From contig DATBSH010000320.1 of assembly GCA_036559885.1 (NCBI GenBank), positions 1,565-65,564 of the forward strand: a DNA stretch of 64,000 nt. The letters run 5' to 3'. This DNA is from Pyrinomonadaceae bacterium (GTDB lineage: Bacteria; Acidobacteriota; Blastocatellia; Pyrinomonadales; Pyrinomonadaceae). A program made the translations under genes and the position numbers. This document shows, piece by piece, positions 33,600 through 42,729 of this stretch. How positions within the stretch are numbered: position 1 is the stretch's first letter; each line of letters begins with the position of its first letter. Below the pieces are notes generated by a model. That model was not told the origin of the DNA. It made no database searches and was given only the letters and a program-made list of their open reading frames with translations.

Positions 33600-35669
33600 T
33601 TAGTTCTCGGAAGGAACACGTAATTGAAAGGTTGAGCCGCCTAGCGAAGACGAGACGAGCAACGCGCTCCCACCCACCTCTTGCATCCTTTTGCGCACGA
33701 TCGCCAAACCGAGGCCAGTTCCTCGCTGCCGCGTAGTGAAGAAAGGCTCCCAAATTCTCTCGCGTAAATCAGCCGGCACGCCAGCACCCGAGTCCTGCAC
33801 TGAAATCAAGAGCTCAGTATCCGTTTGTTGGACAATCAGCGAGATTGTTCCGCCTCGCGCTGTTGCCTGAAGCGCATTCAGTATGAGGTTCGACAAAGCA
33901 TCGCGTAATACGGAGACGTGCTTACCGGGCAAGGAGGTAGCCGTGTGGATTTTGTGCGTTAGATCGATGCCCTGCTCGCGTGCGTTTGCTTGAAATAGGC
34001 CGACCACCGAAGTCACCAGTTCATCCACGCCCAGAGATTGTTCGACCGGGCTTTCTCTACGCGCAAAACTCAAAAGTTGTGTCACGCTCTGGCTCAGCCG
34101 ATCTGTCTCGCCGACAATCAAACTCAAGTCTTGAGCGTACTCGCTTCCGAGCTTCTCATCTTCTTTCATGACCTGGGCAATCGACTTAATGGCAGAGAGC
34201 GGATTCTTAATCTCGTGCGCTACGGTTGCGGCCATGCGGCCGAGCGAGGCGAGCCGTTCTCGTTCCGCCAACTCTCTTTCGAGCCTGACATTCTCTTGGA
34301 GAAGTCGGGAGTCGTCGATGGCGATCGCCACCTGGTCAGCCAGGATTTCAATTATCGATCGTGTATCTGGCGACAACGCACCAGCCGCCGCATCAACTGC
34401 AAGCAGTCCATTAACTTTATCCTCGCGCCTTAATGGATATGCGAGTTTGAACCCGTTCTCAATCAGCACCGGCGCGTCTTCTACCGGCAGCCAGCCGGTT
34501 TGTCGAGATAAGTTCAACACGCCATCGATCCATTCGCCGGTAGCCTCAACAGTAGAGTCATGTCCATTCTCTGATGAAGGTTCGATACCGTTAATAAAAA
34601 TCTTTAGTTTCCGCAGGCCAAGGGTTTCGGTTGTGCGTTGCTCAACGAAGTGAAGCAGGTCCGTCAGATCTCGGTATTGGCCGGGATGTGAACCGATGCG
34701 CGCCACGATTTGACGGTACAAAGCCGCTTCCCGTTCGAAGAGTTTGTGAAAGCGCTGGCCCAACCAACGTCGAAACGGTGCGGCCAGTAAAGTCAACGCA
34801 AGGATCAAAATCGCCTCGACTAAACCCGGTCTAATACCGTAGGTCTGGGTCAACCAATCACCGAGTGTGCGTATGCCGAAAACATAAATAGTCAGCACCA
34901 CCGCGGCGAACGTCACCACGATCAGGCTTTCTTCGATGATGATCTCGAGATATCTGTAGCGGTAGATGTAATACGCGAGCAAGACTGACGGCAATAACGA
35001 CCCAAGATTTGCCACAGTCTTCAGATAAAGACCTGCTACAGTTCCCTCACCGACCCCAAATGCGAGTGCCGCGAAGATCACAATGCCAACTCCGATGAAT
35101 GAAAACGCCAGCGTTTGCATGATCCGTTTTTCACTCGGATTGGGAGTCGTGCGAGCGATCAGCAATTCAGTCACTGCTATAAGACCAAGCACGTAAGCGA
35201 TCCAGAGAGCGAACGGAAACACAAAAAACGATAGCTTGGTAAGCATTGGCGCGTATTCGCCCGTCCACAGTCGTGGCAATGCAACGATTAGGAAAACGGT
35301 TGGAACATAAGAGAGGGAGACACGAATCCGCTCACTTCTGTTGAGCGTGGAGCGACCGTGCGCATTGGCCCAAAGATGAAGGTGAACGTGCAGCAAAAAT
35401 GAGTAGGCGAACGTGATGCTGATCACCGCAACTGAGTCAGCAACACGCAACAACGTGGTCCACGTATCGGAGCCGAAACCAAAGAGGCCGTGTAACGTTA
35501 TAAAGAGATTGCTGGTGTGCCAGCCGCCCATGGTGAGTGCGAGCGCGGCAAGAAGTCGCTCATGAGTGGTGAGGCTAGTCCGGTGCGAGACTAATTGAAA
35601 TGCCATCCACAGCGGCAACAGCGCACCGATGCTGTAACCGACGAGTTGTAGAATTTCAAGCGGAGACAT
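33600..35669 (-). CDS. Polytopic sensor histidine kinase (about 9-10 TM helices, GAF-like linker, HisKA, HATPase_c)
   Basis: H-box HEIKNPLSAI, N-box NLILNALQA, G1 DSGAGV, G2 GTGLGL; 689 aa. Confidence 0.9.
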   Translation of the reverse strand: MSPLEILQLVGYSIGALLPLWMAFQLVSHRTSLTTHERLLAALALTMGGWHTSNLFITLHGLFGFGSDTWTTLLRVADSVAVISITFAYSFLLHVHLHLWANAHGRSTLNRSERIRVSLSYVPTVFLIVALPRLWTGEYAPMLTKLSFFVFPFALWIAYVLGLIAVTELLIARTTPNPSEKRIMQTLAFSFIGVGIVIFAALAFGVGEGTVAGLYLKTVANLGSLLPSVLLAYYIYRYRYLEIIIEESLIVVTFAAVVLTIYVFGIRTLGDWLTQTYGIRPGLVEAILILALTLLAAPFRRWLGQRFHKLFEREAALYRQIVARIGSHPGQYRDLTDLLHFVEQRTTETLGLRKLKIFINGIEPSSENGHDSTVEATGEWIDGVLNLSRQTGWLPVEDAPVLIENGFKLAYPLRREDKVNGLLAVDAAAGALSPDTRSIIEILADQVAIAIDDSRLLQENVRLERELAERERLASLGRMAATVAHEIKNPLSAIKSIAQVMKEDEKLGSEYAQDLSLIVGETDRLSQSVTQLLSFARRESPVEQSLGVDELVTSVVGLFQANAREQGIDLTHKIHTATSLPGKHVSVLRDALSNLILNALQATARGGTISLIVQQTDTELLISVQDSGAGVPADLRERIWEPFFTTRQRGTGLGLAIVRKRMQEVGGSALLVSSSLGGSTFQLRVPSEN

Positions 35670-36324
35670 GAAGCAGATCCACCGATTTCCACAGATTACA
35701 CAGATTAATTCTTAACGTGCAAAGGTGGACTTTGGTACTCCCATGATTCCACTGCTGGGGCCTTTGCGGTAATCTAAGCGCCACAATCCCACCTTTCACC
35801 TAATCTCGAAGGAAACTTGAGTATGAATATCCTCACAGAAAACGATCCTAGAACTTATGCGATCATCGGAGCGGCGATGGAGGTTCATCGTCAACTCGGC
35901 TGCGGCTTTTTGGAACCCATCTACCAAGAGGCCTTCGCAGTTGAGTTGGTGAATCGGCAAATACCGTTTACATCTGAGTTGAGATTTCGGATTAGTTACA
36001 AGCAACGACAACTTGAAAAATACTATCGACCAGATTTCGTCTGTTTTGACTCAGTTATTGTCGAGCTCAAGGCTGTTGCGCGGCTAACACGACTTGAGGA
36101 GTCCCAAATCATCAACTATTTGAAAATTACCGGTTATGGCACGGGACTTCTAATTAACTTTGGTGGTCGTAGTTTGGAGCAGCGACGATTTGTACTTTAA
36201 TCGGTTCGTACATTATCGCATAAGTACTTCATCGTTCGGGCTGTAAGTCGGCGACACAACCACGGATCGCCAGCGGTTTACAACTAATCCGTGTAATCTG
36301 TGGAAATCGGTGGATCTGCTTTGG
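35670..36324 (+). mobile_element. Inverted-repeat-bounded cassette carrying a GxxExxY gene
   Basis: The left end 35670..35711 (GAAGCAGATCCACCGATTTCCACAGATTACACAGATTAATTC) and the right end 36284..36324 are reverse complements, with 31 consecutive identical nt by eye. Confidence 0.55.
35817..36200 (+). CDS. GxxExxY family protein (PD-(D/E)XK-superfamily-like)
   Basis: Signature GCGFLEPIY (G-x-x-E-x-x-Y). [15 protein letters not shown] resembles a D...E-x-K nuclease core. 127 aa. Confidence 0.85.
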   Translation: MSMNILTENDPRTYAIIGAAMEVHRQLGCGFLEPIYQEAFAVELVNRQIPFTSELRFRISYKQRQLEKYYRPDFVCFDSVIVELKAVARLTRLEESQIINYLKITGYGTGLLINFGGRSLEQRRFVL

Positions 36325-36339
36325 CCTGCTTGGCCTGCT

Positions 36340-37929
36340 TCAGTTCACCGCGGTGCTGCGAGCCGCAGCTGTGAAGGTGATCTCGACGCGACGATTCTTT
36401 GAGCGGCCCGCAACAGTGGTATTGGGCGCCAGCGGATTTGAAGCGCCCATTCCATTCGCTTGAATCCTCATCGGATCCACTCCGGCTGATTGGAACCGCT
36501 CCGACAAAGTCCGCGCTCGGTCCTGCGTCAGTTGTTGCAGACTAACCTCATCGCCTTTGTTGTCTGTGTAGGCTTCGATCAAGATCTGATAATCGGGATT
36601 GCTGGCGACCAATGCCGCAAGTGGCTCGAGCTTAGCAGCCGCTGCAGGTGCAAGTTCGGCTCTACGTGCACTACTCCAAATAGACTCCGGCAACACAAGG
36701 CGAAAGCCGGAGGCAGTTTCTTTGAGCGTCCCATACTTCGCCAGCGTTTGCTTCAGTGTCGCTTCTGCGGCCTTTCTGTCCTGGGCACGCTTTTCAGCTT
36801 CCAACCTATCAGTTTCGGCTTGCTTCTCACCCTCAAGTCGAGCCAGTTTGATCTTCGCCACTTCACTTTCAGAACGAACCTGCTGCAATTCGTCCCGCAA
36901 CCGGGCAATCTCGACACGTTGTTCTCGCAACCGATCGTTGGCCGTGCCTAAATCTCGTTCGGCCAGCTCTCGAGCGCTCTGTTCTTTGTCGAGAGCGGCG
37001 CGGAGTTTGGCCACCTCCTGTTGCAAGTTTGCCGACGTATTCTCCGCCGTACGCACTGCATCGTCGCGCCGTTTAATTTCTTCTCGACTAAGCCTGGCAT
37101 TGCGACGCACCACCGCAACCTCTTCGGCATGCGCACCGGACGACGTAGCCTTCCTCGCCTTGATATCGATTTCCGCGAGGGGTTCGTTTAATCGCCAGGC
37201 CTTCTCAGCTTCTTGCAACTCATCTTCAGCGGTGCGTAATTCGTCAGGCGCTTCCTGGGAGGCGCCGGCATACTTCGCCAGATTGATCGCCTGCCGCGCA
37301 CCGAGCAAAGACACTGGTGTCTGACGGTAATCACGATCAGCAATTTCTGGAACGCGAGCAGTTCTGAAGTAGTCACTCGAGTTACCGATGTATTGAACGT
37401 TCGCGGTTTCTATTTGCGCGCCGCCGAGGCGTTGCGGTGGAAGATTCTCCATTACTACCATCCGGCTCGGCACTTTCATCAAGAAGTGTGGCTCCGCAGT
37501 CAGAATCATCGCAAACGTCTGCAGCGGCGTGGTGACGTCGAGCTTCGAATTCACAAAGGAACTTCCACTTCGCTTTATCTCTCCAAGATTGTCGACGTGG
37601 CCGTCGGGCGAGATAGCCCAAAGAACGTAGGTCGTATAAATACCACCTAACTCCGACGCGCGCGGCAGGTCATCGATGCTAAGTTCGACTCGAGTTCCCC
37701 GCCGTCCAGCGCGTCTCACCTTCGCCTCGCCTTTAAGCCGTGGAAGGAGTGTTGTGCCACGAAACTTCACCGTAATTGTTTCATCGAGCGGATACGTGAT
37801 GGCCACGGTCTCTCGAGGCGTATCTGACTGTCCGTTTGAAACAAACGGCGTCAACGAGATGGTGGCCAAAACGACAACCGAAAAGAGGGCAACTCGATTC
37901 AGACTTTTTGATGATGTCATTGCAGGCAA
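36340..37929 (-). CDS. OmpA-family protein with a signal peptide, a long coiled-coil region and a C-terminal OmpA peptidoglycan-binding domain
   Basis: Signal VVLATISLTPFVSNGQ, about 200 aa of heptad-like E/R/A/L-rich sequence, and C-terminal YTDNKGD...NRRVEI. Confidence 0.85.
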   Translation of the reverse strand: MPAMTSSKSLNRVALFSVVVLATISLTPFVSNGQSDTPRETVAITYPLDETITVKFRGTTLLPRLKGEAKVRRAGRRGTRVELSIDDLPRASELGGIYTTYVLWAISPDGHVDNLGEIKRSGSSFVNSKLDVTTPLQTFAMILTAEPHFLMKVPSRMVVMENLPPQRLGGAQIETANVQYIGNSSDYFRTARVPEIADRDYRQTPVSLLGARQAINLAKYAGASQEAPDELRTAEDELQEAEKAWRLNEPLAEIDIKARKATSSGAHAEEVAVVRRNARLSREEIKRRDDAVRTAENTSANLQQEVAKLRAALDKEQSARELAERDLGTANDRLREQRVEIARLRDELQQVRSESEVAKIKLARLEGEKQAETDRLEAEKRAQDRKAAEATLKQTLAKYGTLKETASGFRLVLPESIWSSARRAELAPAAAAKLEPLAALVASNPDYQILIEAYTDNKGDEVSLQQLTQDRARTLSERFQSAGVDPMRIQANGMGASNPLAPNTTVAGRSKNRRVEITFTAAARSTAVN

Positions 37930-38085
37930 CTCCTGGTTTCAAGTTGGGTTGGCCGGGAGAGCATCTGGAGCTCAACGGAAAACTACAATGCTGTTGATGC
38001 CACAAACCAAGGCATTGTTGCCGAACGGTTTAGTGAGGTCAAGAAGTGTTTTGGCCGGTTTATCGTAATTTGTGGAGGCAACGCC

Positions 38086-38253
38086 TCATCCACGCTGTTT
38101 TGTTTGAAATCGGGTTTTCCGATATGCAGCTATTTGGACGACAAGTACGGAGATTCCGGATAGGAGCAGGATATGGACCCAGCCGTGCTTGTGCAGGATG
38201 AATCTTAGTGCGAACCAAACAGCCAACAGGCCTGATCCAATCCACCACAACAT
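38086..38253 (-). CDS. lmo0937-like small membrane protein (55 aa), absent from the ORF track
   Basis: My translation is MLWWIGSGLLAVWFALRFILHKHGWVHILLLSGISVLVVQIAAYRKTRFQTKQRG. TAGGAGA lies 8 nt upstream of the ATG. The track ORF 38060..38248 is in a different frame and looks spurious. Confidence 0.55.
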   Translation of the reverse strand: MLWWIGSGLLAVWFALRFILHKHGWVHILLLSGISVLVVQIAAYRKTRFQTKQRG

Positions 38254-38320
38254 CCTGACAATCTCCTACTCAGGAGGAAAGAGCGAAGTGTAAAGGGTGA
38301 GTTATTGCTCAATGTCTTTA

Positions 38321-38383
38321 CTCTTGGCTCTTGGCTCTTTGCTCCAAGCTCCTCGCGTCTTGCGCTTAGCTCTTCGCGCTTCA
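38321..38383. repeat. Degenerate heptamer array (CTCTTGG family, 9 units)
   Basis: CTCTTGG CTCTTGG CTCTTTG CTCCAAG CTCCTCG CGTCTTG CGCTTAG CTCTTCG CGCTTCA. The last unit contains the response-regulator stop codon. Confidence 0.75.
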
Positions 38384-39109
38384 AGGTGTTTCGTTCAGCT
38401 TGTAACCCACTCCACGGACGGTGAGAACATAACGCGGGTTTTTAGGATCGGTTTCTAGTTTCTTTCGGAGCCGATTTATGTGCGGATCAATGTTTCGTTG
38501 ATAACCTTCGTAGTCAGTACTCCAGACGCGATCAAGCAGCGCATTGCGTGACCACGCGCGTCCAGGTTCTGAAGCGAGCAGTTCCAGAATCTGAAATTCG
38601 AGTGGCGTCAAATCAACGCGCAAACCATCACGCAAAACTTCATGTCGGCGCTTGTCAATTATTAAATTGCCTACCTCGATGCGTTCATCGTCACGAGGCT
38701 CACTCGTTATACCGCTACGCCTAAGCAGCGCCTCGACTCGATACTCAAGTTCGCGTGGGCTGAAAGGCTTCGCAAGATAATCGTCCGCGCCTGCTTCAAA
38801 CCCGGCCACCTTATCAGAGAGGGCGTCGTGTGCTGTCAAAAAGAGGGCCGGTGTTTGAATGCCACGATCTCTCACTCGCTTCAACAGATCAAAACCCGAC
38901 ATTCCAGGCATCGACACGTCAAAGATAAAGCAATCGAAGCGGCCCGCGATTGCGGCCTCTAAAGCGGCCTGCCCACTTTCGCGCTCATCTACTTGAAAGC
39001 CGAGTCTCCGAAAATACTCGGCGAGTAGGACGCGCATGTCGCTATCGTCGTCGGCAATCAACAAACGCTTGCCGGCGTATTTACTGGTAACTTGTGGTTG
39101 CTGTACCAC
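38381..39109 (-). CDS. OmpR/PhoB-family response regulator (REC plus winged helix)
   Basis: LLIADDDSDMR...FIFDVSMPGMSG REC. C-terminal RVWSTDYEGYQRNIDPHINRLRKKLE...TVRGVGYKL. Confidence 0.9.
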   Translation of the reverse strand: MVQQPQVTSKYAGKRLLIADDDSDMRVLLAEYFRRLGFQVDERESGQAALEAAIAGRFDCFIFDVSMPGMSGFDLLKRVRDRGIQTPALFLTAHDALSDKVAGFEAGADDYLAKPFSPRELEYRVEALLRRSGITSEPRDDERIEVGNLIIDKRRHEVLRDGLRVDLTPLEFQILELLASEPGRAWSRNALLDRVWSTDYEGYQRNIDPHINRLRKKLETDPKNPRYVLTVRGVGYKLNETP

Positions 39110-39247
39110 GTCCTCGGACCCTGTCAGGATGGATCTAACTTAATTACGCGCCCTCGCGGCAAATTATAACCTAATATGTCACAGACTCATTCCGAAGTCA
39201 TTCACAACTCAATCGAGTAGGCGCACAGAACAAGCGATTTGTCTGCC

Positions 39248-39277
39248 TTGACGCACATAAGCACAGGTCAGTATAGT
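39248..39277 (+). promoter_or_regulatory. Candidate sigma70-type promoter (TTGACG-N18-TATAGT) for the ABC exporter operon
   Basis: Hexamers read directly at 39248..39253 and 39272..39277, about 70 nt upstream of ATG 39349. Confidence 0.4.
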
Positions 39278-39348
39278 TAATTTTTTGGAGCTTTGGGCCG
39301 TCTTTTACCTCTCTTATAACAACCAGACAGAGAGTTTCGCAACCAGCG

Positions 39349-41154
39349 ATGCGTGATCTTCTTCGACTGTTAAGATATCTCCAACCTCACTGGCCCGTCT
39401 TCACGCTGGCAACTTTCTGCATGGTGCTCGTGGGCTTGTTAGAGAGCGCTATTGGCGCTCTCATTGTTCCAATATTCGATCAGGCATTTGTTCAGGGAGC
39501 CGGGACCCGTACCGCGACCTTATTCGGACTTCAACGTTTGATACCCCAGGAGCCGCTTGCCGCCTGGAAAATAATCTCGATCCTCCTTGTTACATTCACC
39601 GTCACAAAAGGAATCGCAGAATATCTGTCGACGTATTTGATGGCGCGGATTGGTCAGTCAGCAGTGCTGAAACTCCGCCAGGATCTCTACGGTCATCTGC
39701 TCGCACAATCAGCAACGTTCTTTGAGCGACATCGAACAAACTACCTTGTGTCGCGACTCGTATCTAGTGCCGCCGCGATTGAAACTGCCGTGACGAGCAC
39801 GATTCGCGACATGTTGCGAGAGACCTTTACGCTAGTCGCGTTTCTCGCAGCGTCTTTTTACTACAGTTGGCGACTGACTCTCGGGTCATTGGCGATTGCA
39901 CCAATCATTGCGCTCCTAACTGCGAAGTTTGGCACGGCTCTTCGAAACCTGGCACGCGAAAGTTTTGAAGGAAGCAAACGTCTTACCGATACAGCTCAGG
40001 AAGCCTTGGCGAATCAGGGCATTGTCAAAGCCTATCGGGCCGAGAAACGAGAGTCGGCTCGCTTCACTGAAGTTGCAAAAGCGATTGTTAGAGCAAATTT
40101 GCGCAGCGCCAGTATTTCAGGAGCCGCTCCTCCCACGATCGAACTAATCGGAATTCTATTCGTTGTGCTGCTTCTCTTCTTTGGCCAACAGGAAATCATG
40201 GCCGGCCGACTTAACGCGGCGCAGTTCGTCACGTTTCTCTTTTTTCTGTTCCGTAGCTACGACCCGATGCGCAAGTTGTCACGGTTGCAGAACAGCATGG
40301 AGCAGGCTCTCGCAGCCGCCCATCACGTTTGGGAAGTGATGGACGAGCATGCAGTCATCGTAGAGAAACCCGATGCTCTGGAGCTGCCGGCCCTTCGATC
40401 GCAGATCGAATTGCGAAATGTTTCATTCGGATATGGCAACGAATTCCGCTCCGTGCTCCGCGATGTCAGTTTACGCATACCAGGCGGCACAATGGTGGCT
40501 CTGGTCGGCGAATCGGGTGGTGGCAAATCGACTTTGACGAAGTTGATGCCGCGTTTCCATGACCCAACCTCGGGTCAAGTATTGTGGGATGGAATAGATA
40601 TTAAGGACGCAACAATCGCTAGCCTGCGTCGTCAGATAGCGTTGGTCACACAAGAGACGGTGTTATTCAATGACACTGTTCGGCACAACATCTCTTATGG
40701 CCGTCCGACTGCAACTGATGAAGAGATTGAAGACGCAGCGCGGATTGCCTTCGCTCATGACTTCATACAAGAACTGCCTCAGGGGTACGATACCATCGTC
40801 GGCGAGCGGGGAATTTTTCTGTCGGGTGGCCAGCGGCAACGTCTTGCAATTGCTCGTGCGATCCTTGTGAATGCTCCAGTCCTGATTCTGGATGAAGCGA
40901 CGTCGGCTTTGGATGCTGAATCAGAGCGACTGGTACAAAAAGCTATCGGCAATCTCGTCCGGAATCGAACAACGATTGTAATCGCCCACCGCCTATCGAC
41001 GATTCGACGCGCCGACGTAATCGTCGTCATGGAAGCCGGCCGCATTATTGAAACTGGAACTCATGCAGAGTTGCTGGCACACGGAGGTCAATATCGGAGA
41101 CTTTACGAGCTGCAGTTTGCCGACGAAGAAGAGATGGTGAGCGTAAACGAATGA
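39349..41154 (+). CDS. ABC exporter, fused permease/ATPase (MsbA-like)
   Basis: Six TM helices in the N-terminal half. Walker A GESGGGKST, signature LSGGQRQR, Walker B LILDEATSALD. Confidence 0.9.
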   Translation: MRDLLRLLRYLQPHWPVFTLATFCMVLVGLLESAIGALIVPIFDQAFVQGAGTRTATLFGLQRLIPQEPLAAWKIISILLVTFTVTKGIAEYLSTYLMARIGQSAVLKLRQDLYGHLLAQSATFFERHRTNYLVSRLVSSAAAIETAVTSTIRDMLRETFTLVAFLAASFYYSWRLTLGSLAIAPIIALLTAKFGTALRNLARESFEGSKRLTDTAQEALANQGIVKAYRAEKRESARFTEVAKAIVRANLRSASISGAAPPTIELIGILFVVLLLFFGQQEIMAGRLNAAQFVTFLFFLFRSYDPMRKLSRLQNSMEQALAAAHHVWEVMDEHAVIVEKPDALELPALRSQIELRNVSFGYGNEFRSVLRDVSLRIPGGTMVALVGESGGGKSTLTKLMPRFHDPTSGQVLWDGIDIKDATIASLRRQIALVTQETVLFNDTVRHNISYGRPTATDEEIEDAARIAFAHDFIQELPQGYDTIVGERGIFLSGGQRQRLAIARAILVNAPVLILDEATSALDAESERLVQKAIGNLVRNRTTIVIAHRLSTIRRADVIVVMEAGRIIETGTHAELLAHGGQYRRLYELQFADEEEMVSVNE

Positions 41155-42029
41155 AATCGATGACCGGATACGGACGTGGCGCAGTAAACGGAGACGACTT
41201 CTCCGTATCTGTTGATCTAAAGACCGTCAACAATCGTTTCCTCGATATTCATTTGCGCGTCGGTTCCGAGCTCGTCTCTATGGAACCTGCGATCAAGCGT
41301 CGCATAAGTTCACGACTTGCCAGGGGTAGAGTTGACGTCACTGTAAACTTCGAGAGAACAGAACAAATCGCTTATGAACTCAATCGACCTCTAATTGCGG
41401 GCTACGTTGAAGCGTTGCGACAGATGCAGGATGAGTTTCATATCGATGGTGTGCTCGATATCAACGTTCTGGCTCGAATTCCCGGCGCCCTTATTCCCGC
41501 TCGCAATGGCATCGATGAGCGAATGACGGCAGCGCTGGAACAGGCTATTGACCAAGCGCTCGACGATCTCGAGAGGATGCGACAACAGGAAGGCGAGGCA
41601 CTGCGTCTGGAGCTTACTGATCGCGTTCGGAGAATCGAGTCGCTAGTGCCAACCATAGAAGCATCAGCGGCTGGATTGGCCGACGCATACAGGATCCGTT
41701 TGCAGAAGCGAATCGGTGAACTACTCAGTCGCAGTGGACAGACCATTGAGCTTGATCCGGCGCGGTTGGCCCAAGAGGTTGCCTATCTCGCGGATCGCAG
41801 CGATGTAAGCGAAGAAATGGTCAGGCTTCGGAGTCATTTGAGTCAGTTTCAGGAAGCGCTGGACTCATCTGGGGAAACGGGCAAGATGCTGGATTTTCTT
41901 TTGCAGGAGCTAAATCGCGAGGCGAACACAACCCTTTCAAAATCAACCGACCTGAGCATCAAGGAAGCAGCACTTGGGATTAAAGCGGAAGTCGAGAAAC
42001 TTCGAGAACAGGTACAGAATGTCGAGTAA
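41151..42029 (+). CDS. yicC: YicC-family protein
   Basis: N-terminus MKSMTGYGRG and C-terminus EANTTLSKS...EKLREQVQNVE are typical of YicC. Overlaps the ABC gene stop by 4 nt. Confidence 0.85.
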   Translation: MKSMTGYGRGAVNGDDFSVSVDLKTVNNRFLDIHLRVGSELVSMEPAIKRRISSRLARGRVDVTVNFERTEQIAYELNRPLIAGYVEALRQMQDEFHIDGVLDINVLARIPGALIPARNGIDERMTAALEQAIDQALDDLERMRQQEGEALRLELTDRVRRIESLVPTIEASAAGLADAYRIRLQKRIGELLSRSGQTIELDPARLAQEVAYLADRSDVSEEMVRLRSHLSQFQEALDSSGETGKMLDFLLQELNREANTTLSKSTDLSIKEAALGIKAEVEKLREQVQNVE

Positions 42030-42690
42030 AGTTACCGCGGCTCCGACCCAAGATGAATTGTCGCCACGGAAAGTCACGCCCGGTACTCTGTTTGTCGTGA
42101 GCTCGCCATCAGGCGGTGGAAAAGGGACACTCATTCGTCGCGTTCTGGATGCAGTACCGAATCTTAGTTACTCGGTTTCTTATACGACCCGCGCGCCCAG
42201 GAACGGTGAAGTCAATGGCCGCGAATACTTCTTCGTAAACCGCGACACTTTCGAGAAAATGGTGAGCGCTGGTGAATTCCTGGAATGGGCGTGTGTGCAC
42301 GGTAACCTGTACGGAACTGCAAAGAAACAGGTGGCCGAAGAGACCGCAGCCGGCGTCGACATCATTCTGGAAGTGGATGTTCAGGGCGCTGCAAGTATTC
42401 GTGGGTTGATGCTAGACGCCGTCAGCATTTTCATTTTGCCGCCCTCTTATGAGATCTTGAAGACGCGCTTGATCGCCAGAGGCACAGATACGCCGGAACA
42501 ACTTGCCGTTCGTTTGAAGAATGCACCTGAGGAGCTGGAGCAATTTTCCTGTTTCGACTACGTCATTATTAACGACAATGTAGACCGCGCTGCAGACCAA
42601 CTGGCGGCCATTATTTACGGCGAAAGAGCGCGTTGTGAGCGTCAGGAAAAGTTAGTGAAGCAAGTAATAGATAACTTCAAATCAGCTTGA
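42019..42690 (+). CDS. gmk: Guanylate kinase
   Basis: ORF 41974..42690, using the ATG at 42019 (MSSKV...). P-loop SSPSGGGKGTL, YTTRAPRNGEVNGREYFF. Confidence 0.9.
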   Translation: MSSKVTAAPTQDELSPRKVTPGTLFVVSSPSGGGKGTLIRRVLDAVPNLSYSVSYTTRAPRNGEVNGREYFFVNRDTFEKMVSAGEFLEWACVHGNLYGTAKKQVAEETAAGVDIILEVDVQGAASIRGLMLDAVSIFILPPSYEILKTRLIARGTDTPEQLAVRLKNAPEELEQFSCFDYVIINDNVDRAADQLAAIIYGERARCERQEKLVKQVIDNFKSA

Positions 42691-42729
42691 AATCATTACG
42701 CCATTAAAAAGGAGTAGCACAAAACACTT

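Noticed and set aside
36490-37324. Plus-strand ORFs of 153 and 241 aa (36490..36951 and 36599..37324) inside the OmpA-like gene
   Set aside because: They are antisense shadows of the coiled-coil region. The translations are Ser/Ala/Arg-rich low complexity, with no start context and no motifs. The minus-strand gene has a signal peptide and an OmpA domain.
38060-38248. Track ORF of 62 aa (minus strand)
   Set aside because: Its composition is Arg/Cys/Pro-rich and it has no SD. The overlapping frame at 38086..38253 has an SD and a membrane microprotein pattern, so I called that frame instead.
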